A DNA stretch of 64,000 nucleotides from Blastocladiella emersonii ATCC 22665 (Eukaryota > Fungi > Blastocladiomycota): assembly GCA_025594325.1 (NCBI GenBank), contig JANHCV010000005.1, positions 1,488,001 to 1,552,000 of the forward strand, read 5' to 3'. Shown in pieces: positions 23,831 through 32,863 of the stretch (the stretch's first letter is position 1; the number at the start of each line of letters is the position of its first letter). Under the pieces are notes generated by a model that was not told where the DNA came from, ran no database searches, and saw nothing but the letters and a program-made list of their open reading frames with translations. Made by a program: the position numbers and the translations under genes.

Positions 23831-25975
23831 CGTGAAGACCGTGTGCACCGACTCGGGGAGGCGGATGGGCAGGTCGACCAGGAGCGAGAGCAGGAGCGAG
23901 TACCACGGCTGCGTCGGCCAGAACGGCGCGATCACCGTGGCCGTCGCCCCGTCCGAGCGGATCTTGCGGAGGACGCGCGGGAGCAGCCCCCAGGGCGGGT
24001 AGATCCACGCGTCCTCCCTGCCCCAGTTCATCGAGAACGCGTCCGTCCCCGTCGCGTGCGGGTCGGGCGAGTACGAGACAAAGCGATCCGGGATCTGCGT
24101 GTTCAGCGCAGTCGCGAACAGGTCGATCGACACCGGCCACAGCTGGCGTAGCTGCGCGAAGAGGGCCGGGTGCAGCATCCACCCGTACGGGTCGTGCCCC
24201 GCCTTCGAGTCCAGGTCGGCCTGCTCGTTCTCCGCTCGCGGGAGGTGGCGCGCGTGGAGAGTGAGGCCGCGGTCCGCTGCCCACGCCCACGTCGCTCTCA
24301 CCACGGCGTTCATCATCGGGCATTTCCTGCCGCCGCGGCGGTCCAAGTAGAGCGCTGCGGACAGGTTGTCCAAATTTGCGAGGAGGTGTCCATTCCGTAA
24401 CGCCTCGCCCGCGGCCGGGCGATTCGAGAGCGCCACGAGGCCGAGCTGGACTGCCATCAGCTCCAGGACGCCGATGTGTACAAACTCCGTCGCCGGCACT
24501 CCCCGCACCACCGCCGCCGCCAGCTGGTGGCGCGTCGGTGCCTGCTGCAGGAGCGGGATGATCGGGTCGAGCTGCGCTGCTGTCCAGCGGCCGCCGACTC
24601 GGTGAAGGGTCCCGTCGATGATCGCGTTCAGGGACCAGCCCGAGCCCGACGCATCCGAGCACGTCGTGATCTGCTCGGTCCACTGGAGCGGTGCCGGTTC
24701 GGTCGCGCGGCGGAGGAGAGCGAGAGCGTCCTCGAGGTCCTCGCGAACCGTCCCGGTCACGTTGACTATGCGCGCGTCCCACTCGCCGCGGCGTATCGTC
24801 CCCGTCGCCGCCGTGCGGTAGACGCGCCGTAGCTCCATGGTGCGGAGGTTGAGGTCGCCAATCGCCGGCGCCATCGAGACCACCTTGCCGACCACGCTCG
24901 CCACCGTGCGGAGCGGCGCCTGCAATCGTCGGATCAGGGCGGCCAGGGACTCCTCGAGATCCCGGCGCCTCGCCGGGGACGGCGCGAACGCCTTGCGCGC
25001 GAGGTCCCACTCCCAGCCGATCCAGATCAGCGACTGCGCCGGCAGCTCGAGCTTGGCCCACGAGATGCGCATGCCGTGCAGCTGGAGGAGCCGAACGAGA
25101 GCGACGAGGAGCCGCAGGCACAGGTGCCTCGACTCCGCGCCGATGATGATGTCGTCGATCCAGGCCATCGTCGTCGCGCCGACCGAGCGCAGGATCCCGA
25201 GCAGCGGGCGCATCAACTTTGTGAAGACGCGGGGAAGGAGGCACAGGCCGAACAGGTTCGCCAGCGGCTCGTAGACCTTCCCGTTCACCTCCAACCGCAG
25301 CAGGTGGCGGTGGTCCGGGTGAACGCCCAGGTGCAGGAAGAAGTCCTTGATGTCGACCACGCCGGCCCATTCCATCTCCGGGATGACCGACCGCACCGAC
25401 GTGAGCGTCTCCATCTTGAAGCGCTCCGCCGGGATGAACTGGTTGACGTAGCGATAGTTCGTGATCACGCGCGCTTTCCCCGATCGCTGGATCCGAACAA
25501 ACGTCGGGTGCACCGCGGCCTGGTCGCACGGACCCGCCGGCGCCACGGCACCCTTCTCGACCCATGTCTGCACCTCGCGATCGAGGATCTCCCGCTCCTC
25601 CGCCGAGGCCGCTACTGTCCGCGGCCGCAGGCGAGGAGGCGGCTCCGAGATGAGCGGCAGCTTCAGGCCCTGCGGCATGACCGACGCGACAAGCGCCGAG
25701 TCGTGCAGCGAGAGCCACACCGTCCTGAAGTCGGGGTGGTGGAAGCGGCCGCCGACCGGGGTCGTGGCGTGCGGGTGCGGGAGCGTCCTCTCGAGATAGT
25801 CCTCCCGCTCCTGCCCACTCAGGCCCGACGCCGCTGCCAGCGCCGCTGCGCACGCGTTGGGGTCCGAAATTCCGAGAAGTCGTTTGAGAAGTGGAAGCGT
25901 CAGCGGTCCGCTCCTCACGGCCGCCAACAGCTGTGCTACTTGAGAAAAGGCCTCGTCCCAGCGTGCGAGTAGCAC
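23597..25975 (-). CDS. DIRS pol: reverse transcriptase - RNase H - Dam-like adenine methyltransferase
   Basis: RT: FKMETL, VDIKDFFLH, LFGLCLLPRVFTK, WIDD. RNase H: SDASGSGW, ELMAV, LDNLSA, HLPRAENEQAD. MT: IDLFATALN..DAFSMNW..IYPPW..VIAPFWPTQPW. Confidence 0.93.
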   Translation of the reverse strand: MLLARWDEAFSQVAQLLAAVRSGPLTLPLLKRLLGISDPNACAAALAAASGLSGQEREDYLERTLPHPHATTPVGGRFHHPDFRTVWLSLHDSALVASVMPQGLKLPLISEPPPRLRPRTVAASAEEREILDREVQTWVEKGAVAPAGPCDQAAVHPTFVRIQRSGKARVITNYRYVNQFIPAERFKMETLTSVRSVIPEMEWAGVVDIKDFFLHLGVHPDHRHLLRLEVNGKVYEPLANLFGLCLLPRVFTKLMRPLLGILRSVGATTMAWIDDIIIGAESRHLCLRLLVALVRLLQLHGMRISWAKLELPAQSLIWIGWEWDLARKAFAPSPARRRDLEESLAALIRRLQAPLRTVASVVGKVVSMAPAIGDLNLRTMELRRVYRTAATGTIRRGEWDARIVNVTGTVREDLEDALALLRRATEPAPLQWTEQITTCSDASGSGWSLNAIIDGTLHRVGGRWTAAQLDPIIPLLQQAPTRHQLAAAVVRGVPATEFVHIGVLELMAVQLGLVALSNRPAAGEALRNGHLLANLDNLSAALYLDRRGGRKCPMMNAVVRATWAWAADRGLTLHARHLPRAENEQADLDSKAGHDPYGWMLHPALFAQLRQLWPVSIDLFATALNTQIPDRFVSYSPDPHATGTDAFSMNWGREDAWIYPPWGLLPRVLRKIRSDGATATVIAPFWPTQPWYSLLLSLLVDLPIRLPESVHTVFTPEGTAPSTSTTKLVAWRLSSNSTRRAVFLQRLRAWRTNGWPSPPRTRTTRPGGSGFCGAVGNDPIPFIDLLTPFAGF

Positions 25976-26097
25976 CTGGACGGAGGACAAGGGGAGAGTG
26001 GAGTAGGAATCGCGTCAACACCAGGGACCGATTTATACCCACCAACAATACAGGGGATCAACGGACCGTACGCCCCGCTGGAACAGCGGCCCACGAG

Positions 26098-27192
26098 TCA
26101 ATTGCGCGGCTCGGACGACTTGGCCGAAGCCTCGCCGCCGTTGCCCTTTCCCCGGCTGGAAGCGGACTGCCCGGCGTGGCCCGTGTAGCCCCCGCGCCCG
26201 CTTCCTGACCACCCGCGAGCCCCGCCGCGACCACCGCGCGAGGCCCGCGAGTTCTTGTAGGGGGCGCCCTTGTTGGCGCCGCCCTTTGCGCCGCCGCCCG
26301 AGCCGCTGGCCGGCGCGAACAACGCCATCTGGTTGCCGAGCTGGACGTAGCCGGCCGCCGCCGCCGCGTGGCCAAGCTGGTCGTTGAGCTCCTTGGTATA
26401 GACGCCCATGTTGAACAGCGTGAGCGTGTCGTCCTCGGTGCGGCGCGTCGGGACGGTGCACGCGATCTCGAGCGCGACCTCGCCCTGGACGCCGTTCTCG
26501 CGGACGTACGCGGCATGGCGCTGGACCGTTGCGTGGCGGACGTCGTTGGCCGTCAGCGCGAAGGCCATGCCGACGTACTTGGCGACGTCCTCGAGCAGCT
26601 CAAGGGCCTCGTGGTCCTTGCCGAGCGCGTCCTTGAGCACCTTGGCGAGCTTGTCGACCGAGACCATGGCCGAGAGGGTGGCGCGGAGGTTGAGGCCAGA
26701 GCGGACCGTGTTCTCGTAGTGGATGGCCTCGGCGACCTTGTTGGCCGACTCCTTGAGCGGGCGGATGCCGGCGTTGCGCGTGGGCGGCTTGGCCGTCGCA
26801 GGCAGGTCCAGGAACTTGTACATGGCGTTGGACATGATGGCACAGTCCTTGGGCAGGAGACCAGCGTCGGGCACCTCGCGGCCGCGGAGCACGTTGCGCG
26901 CGTGCCGGGGAAGACCGTCGACGATGGCGCCCTCGACGTGGAAGCCGGGGTCCAAGTCGCCGTGGTCCGAGTCGCTGTCGTCGCTGGCCGGGGCGGCCTG
27001 CGCGGTAGCGCTGCCGAGGAGGGTGGCCGCCATGGCGCGGTCATCATTGGCGCCCGCGTAGTCAGCGTTGTCATTGCCTGCGTTGCCGCCCGAGGGGACC
27101 ATGTTGTAGGCTTGGAAGTCGTCATAAGTGTCGACGTCGTCAAGCCCACCGTTGTGCCCATCTGTAACGGAGCGCGCACGTGACACTGTCAT
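26098..27192 (-). CDS. DIRS gag-like ORF
   Basis: 364-aa GC3-rich ORF between the 5' ITR and pol, with a helical core and a Gly/Arg-rich C-terminal tail. Confidence 0.75.
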   Translation of the reverse strand: MTVSRARSVTDGHNGGLDDVDTYDDFQAYNMVPSGGNAGNDNADYAGANDDRAMAATLLGSATAQAAPASDDSDSDHGDLDPGFHVEGAIVDGLPRHARNVLRGREVPDAGLLPKDCAIMSNAMYKFLDLPATAKPPTRNAGIRPLKESANKVAEAIHYENTVRSGLNLRATLSAMVSVDKLAKVLKDALGKDHEALELLEDVAKYVGMAFALTANDVRHATVQRHAAYVRENGVQGEVALEIACTVPTRRTEDDTLTLFNMGVYTKELNDQLGHAAAAAGYVQLGNQMALFAPASGSGGGAKGGANKGAPYKNSRASRGGRGGARGWSGSGRGGYTGHAGQSASSRGKGNGGEASAKSSEPRN

Positions 27193-27336
27193 CCCGCGCG
27201 CCGCTGTTGCGCCCGCCGCTGGTGCGCTGGCGCTTGTGTGGACGCACGTCGGGGCCGGTGGAAGCCGACAGGTCGTTCTGCGTGTAGGTAGGAGAGTTCA
27301 TGTTGTTGAGCGCGAGCTATGCGAGCGCGAGAGAGA

Positions 27337-27559
27337 AGAGTGGGGAGCAGAAGGAGCCCGCGTCTGGCCTTATATATGGGCCGGGTGGCAGGGGCCCCCC
27401 GCTGGCGGCGCACCAATCGCGCGCCTTTGGCGATTTTCGTTTTCCTTTTCCTTCCACGGTCTCGTGACCCGTTTCCGCTCACGCGGGTCGCGGGCCAGCG
27501 CTCCCCTGGTCATGTGAAATTGCGTCAGAGCTATCCTTCTCAAGAGAATATAGGCACAC
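27337..27559 (-). repeat. DIRS 5' inverted terminal repeat with promoter (TATATAA at 27370-27376)
   Basis: Inverted copy of 22373-22595. The TATA box and ATTGG/CCAAT box face the gag ORF. Confidence 0.93.
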
Positions 27560-28850
27560 AGTCACCGCGGTGACTGAGCGATGAGCGACTGGGTAGTCTC
27601 AATTACGCGCTCTCGACCCCCGACCAGGATGTCAAGACCTTGACCTTTGCCCCGTGCAACATGAATGCTGATTCCGCTTGATCTCTCCTTCTCCCTCCGA
27701 CCGTCGCAACGCTCAAGTTCAATGGCATGCGCCACGACGTTCCGCGCAGCGCGCCAAATGCCGCACCTGGACTGCTGTTCCCTGACTCTGTCATGGCGCT
27801 TCACTTCACACTTTTGCGCGTCAAGGGTAGCGGTGGTGCAGCTTTTGGGAGCCTCTTCCCCGCCAAGCTCGACGCTTTGACCTTCTACGTGTACGAGTTC
27901 GACGCGCTCAAGGACGCTACAACCTTGTTCTCGTGCCTTCCAGCGTCTCTTCAAACGCTTTTCTTCCAGCGCTGCGAGTTTTCGCGCAAAAACCTCGGTA
28001 CTGATCCATACTATGACCGTGGCCTCAGCTCGTTGCCCAATCCAGAGTCAGGCTCCCACCCAAGCCCAACTTCCAAGTCGCCATCCGCTTCCCTCGTCGT
28101 TTTAAAGCCGTCGCGCGCTACACCCGCTGTTGGCGCGTTGCTGCGCTTGATTCCGACGGGGCTCAAACGACTCTCCATGCGAGAGTGAGCGCTGACCGCA
28201 GCGGACGTTATAGCGCTTGCCAAATGCTTTCCAACCAGTCTCACGCTTCTCGATCTCTCCTCCAATTATCCACGTTGCGGCGCAGTGCAGCACCTCGCCC
28301 CACTGCTTCCCGCGAGCCTGGAAACGCTCAACCTCAGGGGATTTGCAATGAATGCCCTTGATCTCGCGAGCCTTGCAGAAAACCTTCCGGGCCGGCTCCG
28401 CAGTCTCAAGCTGGGCAGCTACAAGTGTGCCGATTTGGATCCGAACCCAAGGGAGCAGGCACGTCGCCAGCTGGTTCTCGCCATCGCAAAGCTGCCTCTT
28501 GTCGAAACTCTCTGGGTTCGCGGATTGAGTCTCACTGACGCAGACCTGACTATTCTTCTCGACGGGCTGCTGCTGCAAGGGAACGTGAAAGAACTCGACC
28601 TGTCAGGCAGCTCGCTCACAGTTGCCTCTGTCGCCACGCTTGTGCGATTTGCCGAAGGTCTCTCCCACGTTCTTCAGTTTATCATGGGAGAGTCCGGAAT
28701 CCCCAGAAATTTGCAGCAGCCGCTGTACAAAAGCCCGCGTATCAGGCTCGTCATGTACATGTTGCCAGAGTTGCCTCCGCCCGAGTGGTCCGAGACTCCG
28801 CCTGGCCCGGAACTGTGAATATCGTTGTGATTGTATAATTTGTGCCTTCT

Positions 28851-28892
28851 GTTTCGCCCGTGGAGTTTCGCCCGTGGAGTTTCGCCTGTGGA
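28851..28892 (+). repeat. 3 x 14-bp tandem repeat GTTTCGCCCGTGGA
   Basis: Units at 28851, 28865 and 28879. The third has one CG->TG change. Confidence 0.9.
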
Positions 28893-28900
28893 GTCTCAAC

Positions 28901-28940
28901 GAGCTGTGAGACGCGTCGCGATATCACGTTCGGCACGTGG
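28901..28940 (+). promoter_or_regulatory. Conserved upstream module of Ank-LRR genes (ACGCGT ... CACGTG)
   Basis: 30 bp match 37141-37170 with 3 mismatches. Partial copies lie upstream of P1, P4 and P6, all about 110-140 bp before the ATG. Confidence 0.6.
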
Positions 28941-29051
28941 GGCGCCTGGGCCAGCGTTTCAGGTTGTCCCTTGTTCCTCAAGCTCCTGCTCAAGCTCCTT
29001 GGTCGCGGCCCCAACGCTCCACGCTCAATGCACCTCAAGCAATGAAAACCG

Positions 29052-30702
29052 ATGGATCCCATACTTAACTTGCCGCACATTATTGAGAGAGTGCTTTGCT
29101 ATGCCGTAGCGGCGCACAGCGACCCAAACGACCTGCACAGGCTCGCCGAGTACGCGCGCGTCATGCGGTGCGCTGACATCCCAGGCGTGATCCACGCCAT
29201 CTTGCAAATCTGCCCTTTGCTCTCTATGGACGAGGCAAGCGCGTGCGGTAACGTCGCAGCTCTCAAGCTCTGGCGCCACTCAGGGTTGCCTCTCAATTCA
29301 CCTTTCCGACTGGCCCCCCAGGCCGAGGCTTGTGCCTGGGCGGTGTCATCATGTGAGCGGCGCTGGGGGGAAAACCCGCACCGCATCGCAGGGCGGATCG
29401 GCTCACGTGGTGGCGTTTCAGCCACACAGTGGGGGCGGTCAGAAAGGTCTATTACACTGTCGAGGCGCTTCTTGGAGCGGGCCGACATTTGCACTACCAA
29501 ACGCTCGACTGGTGGCGCGATTCGGGGCTTGCTCTTCCGCCGTTTTGGACCACGCGGGACCACAAACGTGATATTGCGTTTGAAGTCGTTTCGGGCGTAG
29601 TTGGCACTTGGGCGGCTGCCGAAATGGAGAACCATAAGCCTGTTTGTACGCTTCGTTGCCCCCAACTCGGAAAAAAAATAAAGATAACTGACTGCCGCTG
29701 ATGTGCTAGCTCGCGTCCACAGACATGGAACCGGGTGACGCTCGGCTACTCTGGGAATTTTTGCAGGTTGCCAGCGGCGCCTCAAAATACCTCGAGCTTG
29801 ACCATGGTCGCTTGACAGCTACCGGCATCGCGATTTTGAATTACGCGCTCGCTAATCCTGGCTCTCAAGTCGAATCCTTGAACTTTGGCCCATGCAACAT
29901 GACTTCCAAAACGGCCCGGTTAATTGTCATCCCGCCAACAGTAAAGTGGATTTGCATTAGAAGCATGCGCCATGATCTCGCCAATGGTGCTCAACCGCTT
30001 CCTCTGGGCTTGCCGTGGCCCAATTCAGTTGAGACGCTTTTGATCTACAACTCCTGGGTTGGTCCTGGATGCGATGTCGCGTTTGGCAGCCTCTTCCCAA
30101 GGAAACTCGAAGCTTTGTACTTCGACAAATACGATTTTGGGCGTCTCGATGGTTCGACGCAGCTCTTCACGTATTTTCCTGCGACTCTTGACGACCTCCG
30201 TTTCACTCGGTGCTTGTTTGCGAGCAGGCCAAACCGCTCGCCGCCGCTTCAAGTGACTCCAGTCTTCAAGTCGCTTTTGAACTCGCTGCCGCCTGACCTT
30301 CAAACCTTGCATCTCGAGAGATGCGGTTTATCTGCTGCAGACCTTTGAGCGCTTGCCCCACGCCTTGGTGAATCGCTCAAGCACCTTGGACTATTTGGGA
30401 ATCAACTTCCCAGTGGCTTCATGCCCAACCTTGTTCCGCATCTCCCTGTAAATTTGGAGGTCCTTGACCTCATGCACTTTGCGCCTGACGACATCAATCT
30501 TGCAACCCTTGCGCGTTGGCTTCCGCAAAACCTCACTCAACTAAGCTTGTACAATCCCATAGCCAACGAGGCGCTTCAGAGGGAGAACAATCCGGTTCGC
30601 CGTGAATTTGTCTTTTTGGTTGCTCAGCTTCCCGTGAATACGCGTATTCTTAGTAACAAGCCCTGGGACGTTGGTTTGGCTAGCCTGGACTCCCCCAGTT
30701 AG
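29052..30702 (+). pseudogene. Ank-LRR family paralogue P2 (MITE insertion, nonsense codon, 3' truncated)
   Basis: MDPILNLPHIIERVLCYAV start and MEPGD..LNYAL LRR exon. TGA at 30346. Homology to other paralogues stops near 30640. Confidence 0.85.
29299..29449. mobile_element. 151-bp MITE inserted in the P2 ankyrin exon
   Basis: Imperfect terminal inverted repeats CACCTTTCCGACTGGCCCCC / reverse complement GACCTTTCTGACCGCCCCC. Flanks are AATT and TATT. Removal rejoins LPL(N/Y)YTVEALLGAG as in P5. Confidence 0.65.
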
Positions 30703-30741
30703 TCCCCCTGGTTGCGGGGCCGCCCTCCTGCCCCCTCGCCC

Positions 30742-32355
30742 ATGAACCCCACTACCATGAAGCAAAGGAAAAAGACTTATTGCAATCGCACCGGCGACAG
30801 CCCGGCTGCTGTTGAATCCAAAAGCAGCGCCAACCCCAAGGTCGGCCCTGCTATCAAGCCAGTGGCTCACTTGACAACCTCGCCGTCCCTAACGTGTGCA
30901 ACGCTTGCACTCAGCAACACTACTGCCGACCCTTACTACCCTTATGGTCGGTCGTATGCGCGCGACCTCTTTTTTCATCATTGGCCTTTGGGGAAGCGCC
31001 TTGATGCGCTTGTTTTCCAGTGCGGTGATCTGCGTGATGTTGCACACACCTATTGCGAAACTGATTCAGTGTGTCAAGGCCCTGTGCGGCCCTGATGCCT
31101 CTGCCCTTGTTGGGCTTTGCGGTTCGCTTACATTTCGCGTCTTTCACAAACAACAACCACTAATTCAACTCCTCGCGCGTGTAGCCGGACCTCACACGAC
31201 TGGAGCGCTGCTGCCCAAGCTCCTCGCGTTTACCTTTGCTGCGGGCCGCTTGACTTGGACTGGCTGGCGGTGAACAGCTTACTTCAGCCCCTTGGCCCAA
31301 TGCGCGCGAGCTCTGGACTTCCATTCGCGGCAACAGCAGCTTGTCGCGGTGCGCGGCCGAAATCTTTGCTCAAGCGCAGCTCTACAGATTCCCAAACGAC
31401 GTTCCCAAACTGGCTCACAACACATATCTGTATTGCGTCAAGGGTACTTTGCAGCGCGCAGTTGTGGCTGCAGCGGGTGCCGCGAACCCGTTTGTGGCCA
31501 TGGTCCTCGAAATTTTTTTGGGATTGGCTGTGCACGAGTTCCGCAGTTTTGATGTGGAGCCCATTGACAACCTGCTGCTTCGAGTTGTCACGTTTGTCCC
31601 GCGGTACATTGTCAAAGGCTTATTGAATTGACTTGTTGCTTGCGTTCGCTTTGACCACAGCCTTTCACTTGACTCTTCATTGTTGGAGCGGCGCACCTTG
31701 CAGCTGTCTGTGTCGGTGACCAGGGTCTCGGTTGGCTCAGTCACAGACGCCACAGCTGGCCTTACTGCCTTCGCCACTGGCATGCGCTTCCACGCCATCA
31801 CCGATTTCGAACGGAACCTTGACCCGCAACCGCTTTTGCCAGTTGCGAGCGCCATCGAGTTGGACAGCAAACTTTTGATTACCCTTGCGCTTCCCAACAC
31901 TTATCTCCGTGCGCGCGTTGTTCAAATTGAACAGAACGCACCGGCGGGTGTGCCGGTCAAACATGCCTCCAGCCTTGTCGAGTTTATGGTGAACAGCAAG
32001 GAGCAGGCTTTGCGACTCCCGTATCGCGCGACAGTCAAATCATTTGAATGCAAGCGGCAGCAGCGCATCGTCAAAATCGTCGTTTTGCGTGACATTTCGC
32101 CTGTCCTTGCGCGCAGCGTGTCGTTGGACTCTCCTGCCTTGATCTTTGGCCCGCTTGCCCTGGCAATTCACAACTACGCAAACATCTATCCCCGCCATGC
32201 GATCTGTCGCCTTGAACAGCACGCGGCGTTGCTTGCGCTCGCACGCGACGTGGGAGGCATCATTGATACTTTCCGGGACCTCAAGCAGTCTATTCTCAGC
32301 TGTAGCTTTAGCGAAGCTGAGTTTCTGTGGGAGCAATTGAAACCTATCAGGCACA
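30742..32355 (+). pseudogene. Degenerate DUF4470-like gene, 5' part
   Basis: YYPYGRSYARDL...ALVFQCGDLRDVAHT (31021-31041) and later LLARV resemble the DUF4470 pattern (YPxGN..A..L...GCGDxRNxLxT...LARN). Several frameshifts and stops. Confidence 0.4.
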
Positions 32356-32863
32356 TCAACCTTGCTCTTGTGGTCACATGAGTGGCTCAGTGACCGTTTT
32401 CGATTTTCGTCGCGCGACGAGTTCCGTTGTTTTTCGCTTTCACTTCATTCCGACCCCTGCAACGTAAATCTGGACTGTGCTTTGCCAAGTCCCCAACAGT
32501 TCGAGGCTGTTCACTTCGAGGGGAGCGAGGTCCTGTGCAGCGGTTCCCGTGCGCAGGCGCGACGAGACGGACCTCGCTCGAAACTGACTGTTCAGCATCA
32601 CGTGACCTGGCATCAATCCGGTCTGGCTGCATTTTCGTGCCCTCGGAAGCTCTCCCACTCCACGCCCGCTCGCTCGCGCTTGCCGCTGCTCGTCGACGCT
32701 CTTTGAGACCTCCTGTGCTGACCAGCTCTTTACCCGCCACTCCTACCCCATGCAGCGCTTAATACTTCGCGATCCGGCGTCTGCCTGGCCGCCATGCGGC
32801 CACATATAAAGGCGCGCGGGCCGCCGCTGACAGTCCTTGCTCTCCTCCACCACTCGCAACACC

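Larger units (their letters stand above)
22299..27597 (-). mobile_element. Full-length DIRS1-type tyrosine-recombinase retrotransposon (5299 bp)
   Basis: Inverted terminal repeats, an internal complementary region matching both ends, gag, RT-RNaseH-Dam-like MT and YR ORFs. No target-site duplication. The host reading frame rejoins exactly. Confidence 0.95.
21446..28818 (+). pseudogene. Ank-LRR family paralogue P1, split by the DIRS element
   Basis: Family N-terminus MNRGLHLPQIVDRVLYYAV and VLDWWRDLGL. Frameshift near 21594. The frame GIKV|LNYAL is restored when 22299-27597 is removed. In-frame TGA at 27679 and 28186. Confidence 0.85.

Noticed and set aside
22806-25990. Integrase plus methyltransferase plus RT read as a prokaryotic prophage, retron or restriction-modification island
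   Set aside because: The ITR/ICR structure, gag and domain order are those of eukaryotic DIRS elements, and the surrounding genes have spliceosomal introns.
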